A stretch of 64,000 bases of DNA. Origin: Chloroflexota bacterium (lineage in GTDB: Bacteria > Chloroflexota > UBA11872 > VXOZ01). Below are positions 1 to 10,050 of this stretch, piece by piece. Positions within the stretch are counted from its first letter, which is position 1, and each line of letters begins with the position of its first letter. The translations under genes and the position numbers were made by a program. The stretch is from the NCBI GenBank assembly GCA_963663275.1, contig OY760183.1, positions 1,440,001 through 1,504,000 of the forward strand, in the 5' to 3' direction. The notes beneath the pieces are model-generated. The model saw nothing but the letters and a program-made list of their open reading frames with translations. It was not told the origin of the DNA and did not search any database.

Positions 1-1730
1 TTGTTGGCCGTGAGCAAGCTGGACGCCTTGTCGTGGGCCTGCTGTATCAGGCCTTCCACCTCGCCGTCGATATCCTGGGCCACGGCCTCGCTGTAGTTGC
101 GCTGTTCCTGGATGTCGCGGCCCAGGAAGATGAGCTCTTCCTTGCGGCCGAACGCGCGCGGGCCCAGCTTCTCGCTCATGCCGTACTCCATCACCATGCG
201 GCGCGCCAGGCCGGTAGCCATCTCGATGTCGTTGGAAGCGCCGGTGGTCATCTCGCCGAAGACCAGCACCTCCGCCGCGTAGCCGCCCAGGGCGAACGCC
301 ATTTGCTGCCGAAACTGGGAGCGCGTCCACAGGTGGCGGTCTTCCGGCGGCAGCACCCGGGTGTAGCCGCCGGCGCGGCCGCGCGCCACGATGGAAATCT
401 TATGCACCGGGTCCACGTCCGGCAGCAATTGCGCCACCAGGGCGTGCCCCACCTCGTGGTAGGCCGTCACCTTCTTCTCGCGGTCGCTGATGATGCGGCT
501 GCGGCGTTCCGGCCCGGCCAGCACGCGCTCCACCGCTTCTTCAACCTCCGCCTGGCTGATAGCCTTCTTGTTGCGCCGGGCGGCCAGCAATGCCGCCTCA
601 TTGAGCAGATTCTTCAGGTCGGCGCCGGAGAAGCCGGGCGTCTGGCGGGCAATGGTTTCCAGGTCCAGGTCATCCGCCAGCGGCTTGTCTTTGGCGTAGA
701 GGTGCAGGATGTGTTCGCGGCCTTTCACGTCCGGGCTGTCCAGCACCACCTGGCGGTCGAAGCGGCCGGGGCGCAGCAGGGCCGGGTCCAGCACATCGGG
801 GCGGTTCGTCGCCGCCAGCACGATCACGCTGGTATTGCTCTCGAAGCCGTCCATTTCCACCAGGATTTGATTGAGGGTCTGCTCGCGTTCGTCGTGGCTG
901 CCGCCGAGGCCGGCGCCGCGCTGGCGTCCCACGGCGTCGATTTCATCGACGAAGACGATGCAGGGCGCGTTGCGCTTGGCCTGGTCGAAGAGGTCGCGCA
1001 CCCGGGAAGCGCCGACACCCACGAACATCTCCACGAACTCGGAACCGCTGATGCTGAAGAAAGGCACGCCGGCCTCGCCGGCCACGGCGCGCGAGATGTG
1101 GGTCTTGCCGGTGCCCGGCGGGCCGACCAGCAGCACGCCCTTGGGAATCTGCGCGCCCAACGCCTGGAAGCGTTCGGGATACTTGAGGAACGCCACGACC
1201 TCTTGCAACTCTTCTTTGGCTTCCTCCACGCCGGCCACTTCCGCGAAGGTGATGGTGGGCTTGTTGCTCTTGAAGACCCTGGCCTTGCTCTTGCCAAACG
1301 AAAGGGCCTGGTTATTCGTGCCCTGGGCCTGGCGCATCATGAGCAGCAGGATGCCGCCGAAGATGACGATGGGGAGGAAGGTGCCGAGGATGGGGAGCAG
1401 GTTGCTGAATTGGCTGGGCTCCCGCACGGTCAGCTTGATCTTGTCGTCCGGCACGCCGCGGCTGTGCAGCGTTTCCAGCACGTCCATCTCGTCCAGCTTG
1501 CGGGTCGTTAGGCGCTCCTCGCCGATTTCGGCTATCAGATGATCGTTCGAGACGATGACGGACGGGTACCCGTCTTTCCAGGCGGATTCCGAAACCGCGG
1601 CAATAAACTCAGTCAGAGAGACCGTGGTAGTCTGGCGCGACGGCGGCGTGAACAGGGTAAAGACGATGGCCAGAATGGCTACGGTGATGACCAGATAGAC
1701 GAACCCGTTCTTCAGCCACTTACTATCCAC
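1..1730 (-). CDS. ftsH: ATP-dependent zinc metalloprotease FtsH (3' end runs off the window)
   Basis: Read manually (not in the ORF track): GTG at 1730 after a GAGGA RBS gives [24 protein letters not shown]. It contains Walker [11 protein letters not shown], Walker [35 protein letters not shown] and the Zn motif AYHEVGH. Confidence 0.97.
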   Translation of the reverse strand, partial: MDSKWLKNGFVYLVITVAILAIVFTLFTPPSRQTTTVSLTEFIAAVSESAWKDGYPSVIVSNDHLIAEIGEERLTTRKLDEMDVLETLHSRGVPDDKIKLTVREPSQFSNLLPILGTFLPIVIFGGILLLMMRQAQGTNNQALSFGKSKARVFKSNKPTITFAEVAGVEEAKEELQEVVAFLKYPERFQALGAQIPKGVLLVGPPGTGKTHISRAVAGEAGVPFFSISGSEFVEMFVGVGASRVRDLFDQAKRNAPCIVFVDEIDAVGRQRGAGLGGSHDEREQTLNQILVEMDGFESNTSVIVLAATNRPDVLDPALLRPGRFDRQVVLDSPDVKGREHILHLYAKDKPLADDLDLETIARQTPGFSGADLKNLLNEAALLAARRNKKAISQAEVEEAVERVLAGPERRSRIISDREKKVTAYHEVGHALVAQLLPDVDPVHKISIVARGRAGGYTRVLPPEDRHLWTRSQFRQQMAFALGGYAAEVLVFGEMTTGASNDIEMATGLARRMVMEYGMSEKLGPRAFGRKEELIFLGRDIQEQRNYSEAVAQDIDGEVEGLIQQAHDKASSLLTAN

Positions 1731-1816
1731 GATGCTCTTCCTCAGTTGACGCGCCCACGCGCGCGCCGGACCCAGGGGGCCGCCGCGCCGCAGTTTTCTG
1801 TGTAGACAACACGTGC

Positions 1817-1825
1817 ATTATACCA
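1817..1825 (-). promoter_or_regulatory. Putative extended -10 promoter for ftsH
   Basis: Minus strand reads TGGTATAAT about 90 bp upstream of the ftsH start; no good -35 was seen. Confidence 0.45.
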
Positions 1826-1992
1826 TAGGGCTCAACGCGACACGCCGCGTGTGATTTCACGGGGCCGCCGGCCGCTTTATACTCCAAGACTTAAGGCCAC
1901 AATGACACATTTCGGCGAGTATGGCAAGTTGTAGGCGTGAGGCGGCCGTCCGGGCGGCCGGATTTCACCCTCACCCCGGCCCTCTCCCTGAA

Positions 1993-3233
1993 GGAGACCT
2001 TTGCGTAACCCTGGTTTGGCCCTTGGTGGGGGAGTAGTGGGTGCTAAATTGCGGTTTTTGGCCTTTGTCGGCGGCGTTCGGCCTGTGCAGGCGCGTCAGG
2101 GCGCTGCCGGTGCGGTCTTTTGCCGGCCGTGCGCTGCCGTTGCGACCCGGTCTTCCCCTTTCTGGCGGTGTGTGGCCGTGCGGTTACCGCCTACGCCGTC
2201 AGCGCCTCCAGCTTGCGCAGGTTGTACGCCAGCAACTTCAGCCACATCTCTACCGTGTTCCGCCCAAGCCCGCGGTAGCGCACCCGCCGGTAGCCGTAAC
2301 TCCGCTTCAGCGTGCCGAACACCCGTTCCACTGCTGCCCGTATCGGCTTGATCGCCGCGTTGCGTTCTCGCTGCCATTCCGGTAAGCCGCGCTGGTTCTT
2401 GTGCGAGCGGTGCATGATGCCGTCCGCTATCCCTTGCGCCCGCAGCCACGCCCGCCGCTCCTTGGACTCGTACGCCCGGTCACCGTACACCGTTCCTTCA
2501 TCACCGCTCACCAACTGGTCCGCCACCGTACTCTCCGCTACTTTCGCCGACGTTAGCTCCGCCCGCCGCACCAACCCGCTCCCCTGGTCCACCCCAGCGT
2601 GCACCTTGTACCCAAAGTGCGCCTGCCGCTTCTTTCCGCTCCGCGTCCAGTCCGCGTCCGGGTCTTTCTCGCTCTTGCCCCCCAGGCCCGCCGAGACCGG
2701 CGGCCGCCGCACCTGCGCCTCTACCAACGTCGCGTCCAGCAGCGTCCCCTCCTTCACCAGCAACCCACGCTCCTCCAACTGCCCTACCAACTCCGCAAAC
2801 AGCTTCTCGCTTACCCCGTGCCGCTCCAACTGCGCTCGAAACCGGCTCAGCGTCGAGTGATCCGGCGTGTCCTCCGCCAACCCCAACCCCACGAACCGCC
2901 GAAACGAGATGCGGTCGGCCAACGCCTCCTCCATCTGCGGATCCGAGAGACCATACCACTGCTCCAACAACAGGATCTTCACCAGCATCAGCGGCGGATA
3001 GCTCGGCCGCCCCTCACCGGAGGCGTAGATGCCCGACACCACCGCGCCCAACCGCTCCCAGTCCACCACTTCATCAATCCGCTCCAGCCGCTCGTTCCGA
3101 CCCAATTTCTCCGGTAACCACTGCTCCAACAGTGACGGTCGTCCCATCTCGCGGTGCATGGCGCTCTCCTGTCTGCTTGCGGTACACTCACCCTAGATTC
3201 TCCCTCAATTGCGGGAGTTATGCAAAGGTCTCC
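1993..3233 (-). mobile_element. Complete IS5-family insertion sequence (1241 bp) inserted in a REP-like hairpin
   Basis: Terminal IRs are GGAGACCTTTGCGTAAC (1993) and GTTATGCAAAGGTCTCC (ends 3233). The TSD TGAA occurs at 1989-1992 and 3234-3237. The flanks rejoin to CCCTCACCCCGGCCCTCTCCC-TGAA-GGGAGAGGG. Confidence 0.93.
2191..3159 (-). CDS. IS5-family DDE transposase
   Basis: 322 aa with YPPLMLVKILLLEQWYGLSD, PDHSTLSRFR, LLDATLV, FGYKVH, YGDRAY and RAAVERVFGTLK motifs; the ORF is intact. Confidence 0.95.
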   Translation of the reverse strand: MHREMGRPSLLEQWLPEKLGRNERLERIDEVVDWERLGAVVSGIYASGEGRPSYPPLMLVKILLLEQWYGLSDPQMEEALADRISFRRFVGLGLAEDTPDHSTLSRFRAQLERHGVSEKLFAELVGQLEERGLLVKEGTLLDATLVEAQVRRPPVSAGLGGKSEKDPDADWTRSGKKRQAHFGYKVHAGVDQGSGLVRRAELTSAKVAESTVADQLVSGDEGTVYGDRAYESKERRAWLRAQGIADGIMHRSHKNQRGLPEWQRERNAAIKPIRAAVERVFGTLKRSYGYRRVRYRGLGRNTVEMWLKLLAYNLRKLEALTA

Positions 3234-3261
3234 TGAAGGGAGAGGGAGAAAGATGGCGGAA

Positions 3262-3460
3262 AGGATGGGGGAGAAATGGCTTGACTTTGCACTGGCGTTG
3301 GTTGTACGTGCGCCCTGGATTCCGGCTTTCGCCGGAATGACGGAACTATGCAAAGGTCTGCAAAGGGATACGGAACTGTGCAAAGGTCTGCAAAGGGATA
3401 CGGAACTGTGCAGAGGTCTCTAAGCGGATAAGGATCTGTGCAAAGGTCTCCATAGGGATG
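3262..3460. repeat. Degenerate IS5-end MITE half followed by four tandem 30-bp units, each containing an IS-end-like TGCAAAGGTCT
   Basis: CTGGATTCCGGCTTTCGCCGGAATGAC is followed by units starting at 3341, 3371, 3401 and 3431. Confidence 0.8.
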
Positions 3461-3488
3461 AGGTTTGCCTCATAGGGATAGGGAGCGT

Positions 3489-5402
3489 CTAGCGGGAGGG
3501 TATGGCGCTGGGCTGTGAAGCCGCTTGCTCGGCGTCCAGGCCGGCGGTGACGCCGGTGGTATAGAGTTCGGCGTAGAAGCCCTGGGCGGCCAGCAGCGCG
3601 TCGTGGGCGCCGCGCTCGACGATTTTGCCGTCGCGCAGCACCAGGATGGCGTCCGCGTTCTTGATGGTGGAGAGGCGGTGGGCGATGACGAACGCCGTGC
3701 GGCCGCGTAACAGCGTGGCGAGGGCGCGCTGGATGAGAATCTCCGTGTGGGCGTCCACGCTGCTGGTGGCCTCGTCGAGGATGAGAATGCGCGGGTCGAT
3801 GAGCAGCGCGCGGGCGAAGCAGATCAACTGGCGTTGGCCGACGGAGAGCCGCCCGCCGCGTTCCATCACCGCCGTATTGTAGCCGTCCGGCAGGCGCTGG
3901 ATGAAGCCGTCGATGCCCACGGCCCGCGCCGCCGCCTCCACTTCCTCCATTGTGGCGTCCGGCTTGCCGTAGCGTATGTTCTCCAGAATCGAACCGGAGA
4001 AGAGGAAGCTATCCTGCAGCACCATGCCCACCTGGCGGCGCAGCGAGCGGATTTGGAGGTCCCGCAGGTCGCGGCCGTCGATGGTAATGCTCCCCTGCTG
4101 CACGTCGTAGAAGCGCATGAGCAGGTTGACGATGGAGGTCTTGCCGGCGCCGGTGGGCCCCACCAGCGCAATCGTCTCGCCCGGCTTGGCCTCCAGGTCG
4201 ATTTCCGTAAGCACCGGCTGCTCGGGATCGTAGCCGAACGTCACGTCCGCGAAGCGCACGTGGCCGCTCACCGCGGACAGCGCGGACGCATCCGGTTTAT
4301 CGACGATTTCCGGATCGGTGTCCAGCAGTTGGAAGATGCGCTCGCCGCCCGCCATCGCTTGCTGGAGGTTGGTGTACCAGGCCGAAATCTCGCGGATGGG
4401 CATGAAGAATTGCTGCACGTACGAGAGGAAGGCCACGAGCACGCCCACGCTCAAGGTTCCATCCAGCACCCGAAAGCCGCCGTAGACGATGACGAGGCCG
4501 ATGGCAAGGGCGGTGACGAGTTCCACCGCCGGCGGAAAGGCGGCCATCACCTTGGCGGCCCGCACCGAGGCGTCGAGATTATCACGGTTGGTGCCGCGAA
4601 ACTGGCGGTAATTCAGGTCCTCCCGCGTAAAGGACTGGGCGACGCGCACGCCGCTGATGTTTTCCTGCAAGTTGGCGTAGACCTTGCCAACCTGATGCCG
4701 CACCTCCCGGAACCGCCGCCGCGCCTGCCAACTGAAGACCCGCGTTATCAGGAACATCAGCGGCAGCACCACGAACGTGGCCAGGGAGAGCGCGGGATCG
4801 AGAATTAACATCATGCCGAGAATGAGGACGAGACCCAGCAGGTCGGCCACCAGCGTCATGGTGCCCTGGGAAAAGGCGTTGTTCAGGGCGTTCACGTCGC
4901 TGGTGACGCGCGCCATGATGACGCCAATCTCGTTGCTGTCCAGGTAGCGGAACGAGAGTTTCTGCAGATGGGAGACCACGCGCACCCGCAGCGTGTGGAG
5001 CATGCTCTGGGAGACCGCCGCTATGAGAGCGTTGTTCGCGTAGGAAGAGAGGCCCATGACGCAGAGGCTGACCAGGAAGAGGATGGCGGCGATTGCCAGC
5101 ACCCGCGCGTTGTCCTGCGCGATGCCGTCGTCGATGGCCACTTTGATCAGGTACGGCCCGGCGGTGGTGGCCGCGGAGGTGATCAGCACCAGCACGACCG
5201 CGAGCGCGAGCCGTCCCCGATAAGGCTTGAGGAAGGGCAGCATCTGCCGCACCACGTCCTGGTCGAAGGCCTTGCTGTCCGGGTCAACGTCTACCGAGTC
5301 GTCCGAGCCGCGCCAGCCGCCGCCGCGCGAACTCATGCCGCTGCGGGAAGTCATGCCGCCGCTGCGCCAACTGCCGCCCATGTCGAAGCCGCCGCCAATC
5401 AT
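3489..5402 (-). CDS. ABC exporter, fused permease/ATPase (heterodimer subunit 2)
   Basis: Six-TM domain, GPTGAGKT, LSVGQRQ, ILILDEATSS and a consensus H-loop IAHRLS. Confidence 0.93.
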   Translation of the reverse strand: MIGGGFDMGGSWRSGGMTSRSGMSSRGGGWRGSDDSVDVDPDSKAFDQDVVRQMLPFLKPYRGRLALAVVLVLITSAATTAGPYLIKVAIDDGIAQDNARVLAIAAILFLVSLCVMGLSSYANNALIAAVSQSMLHTLRVRVVSHLQKLSFRYLDSNEIGVIMARVTSDVNALNNAFSQGTMTLVADLLGLVLILGMMLILDPALSLATFVVLPLMFLITRVFSWQARRRFREVRHQVGKVYANLQENISGVRVAQSFTREDLNYRQFRGTNRDNLDASVRAAKVMAAFPPAVELVTALAIGLVIVYGGFRVLDGTLSVGVLVAFLSYVQQFFMPIREISAWYTNLQQAMAGGERIFQLLDTDPEIVDKPDASALSAVSGHVRFADVTFGYDPEQPVLTEIDLEAKPGETIALVGPTGAGKTSIVNLLMRFYDVQQGSITIDGRDLRDLQIRSLRRQVGMVLQDSFLFSGSILENIRYGKPDATMEEVEAAARAVGIDGFIQRLPDGYNTAVMERGGRLSVGQRQLICFARALLIDPRILILDEATSSVDAHTEILIQRALATLLRGRTAFVIAHRLSTIKNADAILVLRDGKIVERGAHDALLAAQGFYAELYTTGVTAGLDAEQAASQPSAIPSR

Positions 5403-7291
5403 GGGGAATCGCTCCCGCGGCGCTCGCCGCCGTTCGCCGCCGCCAGCGCGCTCTGGAGACCGCCGCCGTCCGTTTGCGCCGCGCGCTGCCGCTCCATGTG
5501 CTCCTCTTGTTCCTGCAACTGATAGACGTACATGTCGCGGTAGAGGCCCTCCCGCGTCACCAGGTCGCTATGCGTGCCGCGCTGCACGATGCGCCCGGCG
5601 TCCAGCACGACGATCTCGTTGGCCTCGCGCACGCTGGAGACGCGCTGCGCGATGATGAAGGACGTGCGCCCCTGCATGAGCCGGTTGAGCGCCTCTTGCA
5701 GCGCGGCCTCGGTGCGCGTGTCCACTGCCGAGGTGGATTCATCCAGGACGAGAACGCGGGGGTCGAGCAGCAGCGCCCGCGCAATGGCGACGCGCTGCTT
5801 CTGGCCGCCGGAGAGCGTCACGCCGCGCTCGCCCACGTGGGTCTCGTAGCCGTCCGGGAACTGCATGATGAAGTCGTGGGCCTGGGCGGCCTTGGCGGCC
5901 GCGATCACGCCCTCCGCGGTGGCGTCCGGCCGGCCGTAGGAGATGTTTTCGCGGATGGAGGCGGCAAAGAGGAAGGTCTCCTGCGCCACCAGGCCGATGT
6001 GCTGCCGCAGGGCGCGGAAGGTGAGGTCGCGGATGTCGTGGCCGTCCAGGGTGATGCGGCCGGCGGTGACGTCGTAGAAGCGGGGCAGCAGGTTGATGAT
6101 GGTGCTCTTGCCGGAGCCGGTGATGCCCACGATGCCGATCACGTCGCCGGCCTTGGCTTCCAGGGTAATTTCTTCCAGCACCGGCAGGCCGCCGGCTCTG
6201 TAGGCGACCGCCTCGAACTTGACGTTGCCCGCCACCGACGCCAGGTCCAGCGCGTCGGGCTTCTCTTCGATCTCCGATTGCATGTCGAGGATTTCGAAGA
6301 TGCGCTCGCCCGCGGCAATGGCGCGGGCGTAGGTGTTGATGGTCATGCCCAGCATCCGGATGGGACGCTGCAAGAGCATGAGGTAGGCGCTGAACTCCAC
6401 CAGCGTGCCGAGGCTCATGCCGCCTCCCATCACTTGCAGGCCGCCGTACCAGACCACCGCCGTGGTGCCGATGCCGGCGATGAATTGCAGCAGCGGGTTG
6501 CGCATGGCAAAGAGTTCCATGGTGCGCACGGTTGCTTGGGCGAGCCGGTCGGAACTGCGCGCGAACTTGACCGACTCCCGGTCCTCCTGGGCAAAGGCCC
6601 GCACCACGCGCATGCCGGAAAGGTCTTCCTGCAGCACAGTGCTGAGTTGGGCGGTCTCCTGCTGCACCCGGCTGAACATGGGCCGCAGTTGGCGGGCGAA
6701 GAGGTAGGCAATGGCGAAGAGCACCGGCATCGTCGCCAGTGAGAGGAGCGCCAGGCGCCAGTGCGTCAACAGGAGCACGGCCAGCACCGCCACGAACGTC
6801 AGCAGCATGAGCGCGCCGTTGATGAGGCCCTGGGAGACGAAGAAGCGGATTTGCTCCACGTCGCTGGTGGCCCGGGACATGAGTTGCCCGGTCTGGGAGC
6901 GGTCGTGGTAGGCAAAGGAGAGGCGCTGGTACTGGTTGAAGATGCGGTTGCGCAGGTCGAAGCAGGTGCGCTGGGAGAGATACTCGGACAGGAAGACCTG
7001 CGCGAAGGTGAAGATGCCCTTGACGAGGGTAGCGGCGATGATCAGTCCGGCAAAGAAGAAGAGCGCCTGCATCAGTTGGCGCGCCAGTTCTTCGTCTACG
7101 ATGCTGCTGAACTCACCGGCGAAGATGTGCAACACGCGCGTTTGGCGGTTGAGGGCTTCGTCTACGACGTCGCCCATGAGGCGGGGAATTACGAGGCTGA
7201 GCAGGGTGTTGCCGAGCAGCGCGCCATAGGCCAGAAAGGCCAGTTTCCGGTAGCGCCAGGTGTAGAAGAAGAGCCGCCGCAGCGTATCCAT
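5399..7291 (-). CDS. ABC exporter, fused permease/ATPase (heterodimer subunit 1)
   Basis: GITGSGKS, LSGGQKQ, VLVLDES and a degenerate H-loop IAQRVS; its stop overlaps the partner's ATG (ATGA). Confidence 0.93.
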   Translation of the reverse strand: MDTLRRLFFYTWRYRKLAFLAYGALLGNTLLSLVIPRLMGDVVDEALNRQTRVLHIFAGEFSSIVDEELARQLMQALFFFAGLIIAATLVKGIFTFAQVFLSEYLSQRTCFDLRNRIFNQYQRLSFAYHDRSQTGQLMSRATSDVEQIRFFVSQGLINGALMLLTFVAVLAVLLLTHWRLALLSLATMPVLFAIAYLFARQLRPMFSRVQQETAQLSTVLQEDLSGMRVVRAFAQEDRESVKFARSSDRLAQATVRTMELFAMRNPLLQFIAGIGTTAVVWYGGLQVMGGGMSLGTLVEFSAYLMLLQRPIRMLGMTINTYARAIAAGERIFEILDMQSEIEEKPDALDLASVAGNVKFEAVAYRAGGLPVLEEITLEAKAGDVIGIVGITGSGKSTIINLLPRFYDVTAGRITLDGHDIRDLTFRALRQHIGLVAQETFLFAASIRENISYGRPDATAEGVIAAAKAAQAHDFIMQFPDGYETHVGERGVTLSGGQKQRVAIARALLLDPRVLVLDESTSAVDTRTEAALQEALNRLMQGRTSFIIAQRVSSVREANEIVVLDAGRIVQRGTHSDLVTREGLYRDMYVYQLQEQEEHMERQRAAQTDGGGLQSALAAANGGERRGSDSP

Positions 7292-7417
7292 CGTCGGCTG
7301 CTCCGCGCCTCCTGTTCTCTGCTCCGCAGGCTCTCAACGCGCCGGTAGCGGGACGCTCGCCAGCGAGGAGCGAGCGGTAGATTCCAGACACTAACCCACA
7401 CGTTCACGTTAATGTCT

Positions 7418-7446
7418 ATCCTAGCATGGGCGGTATTGACGGTCAA
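7418..7446 (-). promoter_or_regulatory. Sigma70-type promoter for the ABC exporter pair, with a palindrome over the -35
   Basis: Minus strand TTGACC-17 bp-TAGGAT with a TG extension; palindrome TTGACGGTCAA at 7436-7446. Confidence 0.55.
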
Positions 7447-8279
7447 ACGGACGCGCCGGCCGGTTCGGGTTGGCAGCGCGGGCAGAAGTGGGTGCCGCGC
7501 TGGGCCACCACGATGCGCGCGATTGGCGCGCCGCAGGTGAGGCACGGCTCGCCCGCGCGGCGGTAGACGGCCAGGTGTTGCCGGTGGCGGCCGGGCCTGC
7601 CTTCCGCGTCGCTGTAGACGGCGTCGAAGGTGGTGCCGCCGTTGGCGATGGCGGCGCGCAACGTGCGCCGGATGGCGTCGAGCAGGGCGGCGGTCTCTTT
7701 GTGGCTGAGGGCGCCGGCCGGCCGGCGGGGATGCAGGTTGCAGGCGTGCAGCGCCTCGTCCACGTAGATGTTGCCCAGTCCCGCGATGAAGCGCTGGTTG
7801 AGCAGGAGCGACTTGAGCGGCGCGGTGCGCTCTGCAAGGCGTTCCCGCAAGGCGGCCGCGGTCAGATCGGGAGCGAACGGCTCGGGGCCGAGCGGGGCGA
7901 AGAGTTCCGCCAGGCGGTCGTCGTCCACCAGCCAGATACGCCCGAAGCGGCGCATGTCGTAGAAGCAGAGCGCGCGCTCGGAGCGGAGGTTCCACTGCGC
8001 GCGCAGGTAGCGCGTCTCGTCCACCTGGCCCACGAGCCTGAGGCGGCCGCTCATGCGCAGGTGCACGACCAAATTGCTTGTATCCAGGGCAAAGACGAGA
8101 AATTTCGCCCGGCGGTTGACCGCGCGGATGCGCCGGCCCGGCAGCAGCGCGGCGATTGCGTGCGGGTCCGGCTCGACCACGGCGTGGGGATCCAGCAGCG
8201 GCACGGCGTCTATCACGTCATCGCAAAGATGGGGCGCCAGGCTGCGGCGAATGGTCTCGACCTCGGGTAGTTCAGGCAT
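7443..8279 (-). CDS. mutM: Formamidopyrimidine-DNA glycosylase (Fpg/MutM)
   Basis: N-terminal MPELPEVE, HLRMSG, H2TH GLGNIYVDEAL and a C-terminal zinc finger CLTC...CPRCQ. Confidence 0.97.
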   Translation of the reverse strand: MPELPEVETIRRSLAPHLCDDVIDAVPLLDPHAVVEPDPHAIAALLPGRRIRAVNRRAKFLVFALDTSNLVVHLRMSGRLRLVGQVDETRYLRAQWNLRSERALCFYDMRRFGRIWLVDDDRLAELFAPLGPEPFAPDLTAAALRERLAERTAPLKSLLLNQRFIAGLGNIYVDEALHACNLHPRRPAGALSHKETAALLDAIRRTLRAAIANGGTTFDAVYSDAEGRPGRHRQHLAVYRRAGEPCLTCGAPIARIVVAQRGTHFCPRCQPEPAGASV

Positions 8280-8284
8280 GATGC

Positions 8285-8902
8285 TTAACGCAGGGTTTCG
8301 CCGGTGAGGCGCAACTCACCCGGCACGATGTGCACGCTGGTTACCCGTATCCCGTACTCCGTCCTGAAGAACGTGTCCAGGTGTTTATTGGCGTCCTTCA
8401 TCGCCTCCGCCATGTACCCCGCCGGCACCGGGATGATGCCGAGCCTGCCCTTCACCGCGTCCGCCTCTACCTTGCCGTCGCGCACGACGAGGCGTCCGCT
8501 CACCTGGATCGTCGTGCGGATTGGACGCTGCAACGTGCCTTGGATGATGAAGGCGTCTTGCTGGAACGTAAGGGCAATGTCCGTTACCTCGCCGTCGGGG
8601 TTGTTCACGGCGATGGCGGCTTCGATCTTGGGGATCAATTCGTGTGCGGTGAGCGTCATGGTGACGTGCCCCGGGGCTGTGGAAGGACAGAGGAATACCG
8701 GCAGCAGCGGCGGCTCGGCCTGCGGCGGCAGGCAGGAGACCCACGTCGCCGGCGCTTGCGCCGCTGCCGCTGGCGGCGCGGGACGGGACTCTTGCACCGT
8801 ATCGCCGGTCTGAGGCGGTACAATCTCACCGCCGCAGTGCGCGAGGAACACCATGCACGCGACGACGGCTAATCTCTTGGCTTGCAACCGGATCCGCCCC
8901 AT
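8285..8902 (-). CDS. Putative lipoprotein, DUF2993/LmeA-like
   Basis: Signal peptide with lipobox-like LAHC, Pro/Ala linker, and a beta-rich C-terminus paralogous to 9361..10050 (TFQQDAFIIQG; IVPGELRLTGE). Confidence 0.6.
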   Translation of the reverse strand: MGRIRLQAKRLAVVACMVFLAHCGGEIVPPQTGDTVQESRPAPPAAAAQAPATWVSCLPPQAEPPLLPVFLCPSTAPGHVTMTLTAHELIPKIEAAIAVNNPDGEVTDIALTFQQDAFIIQGTLQRPIRTTIQVSGRLVVRDGKVEADAVKGRLGIIPVPAGYMAEAMKDANKHLDTFFRTEYGIRVTSVHIVPGELRLTGETLR

Positions 8903-9042
8903 CGCGCGGCGCCTTCGTTATGCGGCATCACATTGTCATAAACCCATGGTACCGAAATCACCGGCGTTCGTGTTGGCGGCAAGACAACGGCGGACGCCGC
9001 GCGCCGCAGCGGGCGCGCAGAGGTCGGCGCCAAAGCTCTCGC

Positions 9043-9339
9043 GGAGACCTCTGCAAAACCCCTTCCCCATCGAGGGCTGACAGGGGTAGGCAACTGTCAT
9101 TCCGAGCGGAGCGAGGAATCTAGAACCGATATTCTTTCAGCGAAAGCCTTAGATTCCTCTCTCCGCTGCGCTCCGCTCGGAATGACAATAGAACTCGGAT
9201 GTAGTATGCCTACCCCTGTCAGCCATCGAGGGGGAAGGCCGGGATGGGGGTTAACAGGATTGACTTCTGCCATCTGTAGTTGTAGATGCGCCCTGGATAC
9301 CGGCTTTCACCGGAATGACGGAGTTTTGAAAAGGTCTTC
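9043..9339. mobile_element. IS5-end MITE (copy A) containing a nested CTGACAG-MITE at 9077..9222
   Basis: Outer ends GGAGACCTCTGCAAAAC and GTTTTGAAAAGGTCTTC. Inner element CTGACAGGGGTAGGCA...TGCCTACCCCTGTCAG with TSD CCATCGAGGG (9067-9076 and 9223-9232). Confidence 0.85.
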
Positions 9340-9360
9340 CGCAGGAGAGCTGGACGTGCG

Positions 9361-10050
9361 CTACCGCTCCAGGCGCTCGCCGGTGACGATGATCTTTCCC
9401 GGAACGATCTCGACACTATCGATGCGCAGCCTGCGCGCGGGGCCGACTTCCCGTGCCAGGAACGTGTTGGCTTGCTCGGTCAGTTGATCGCGCAGCGCCT
9501 CGGGCATCAGGAACGCGCCCATGCGCGCCTCGGTAAACTCGATTTGCACGGTATCTTCACCGACGACGAAGTGTCCGGTGGTCTCCACGGTGGCGCGAAA
9601 CGGCGACGTGAACGTACCCCTGGCCACGAACGTGTCCTGCTCGAACGTGACGACGAAGTTGGAGACCGGCGGATTGTCGAGCGAAGAGAGAAGTTCGCCC
9701 AGCAGCGCGGTCAGGTCGCCGTCGGACACTTCGATTGTGAAGGGGCCGGGTTCGTCGGCCTGGCTGATGGCGTCTTCGGCCCGTTGGATCGCTGCCGCCC
9801 GCTCCGCATCCGGTGACAGAGTGGGCGTCGCGCCGGGCACGGGCGTCGCGGCCGCGCCGGAAGATTGCGTTGATGCGGAATCGCCGGCGACGGTTGCGGT
9901 TGGCGTCGGCGCGTCGCCGCGACTGAAGAGCCCGCTAAGCCCCGTGCCCTCCAGGATGCCCATCCCCACCAGCGCGAGCCCGCCGAGCAGCAACAGCGCG
10001 AGGAACAGGGTAAAGACCAGCGCGGCAAGCGCCTTATAGATCCGCCGCAT
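9361..10050 (-). CDS. Membrane-anchored DUF2993/LmeA-like protein
   Basis: Likely start MRRIYKAL (10050), TM helix, Pro/Thr linker; C-terminus TFEQDTFVARG...IVPGKIIVTGE is paralogous to the neighbouring gene. Confidence 0.65.
   Translation of the reverse strand: MRRIYKALAALVFTLFLALLLLGGLALVGMGILEGTGLSGLFSRGDAPTPTATVAGDSASTQSSGAAATPVPGATPTLSPDAERAAAIQRAEDAISQADEPGPFTIEVSDGDLTALLGELLSSLDNPPVSNFVVTFEQDTFVARGTFTSPFRATVETTGHFVVGEDTVQIEFTEARMGAFLMPEALRDQLTEQANTFLAREVGPARRLRIDSVEIVPGKIIVTGERLER

Noticed and set aside
33-1511. 492-aa plus-strand ORF
   Set aside because: It is the antisense shadow of ftsH, which has all its family motifs on the minus strand.
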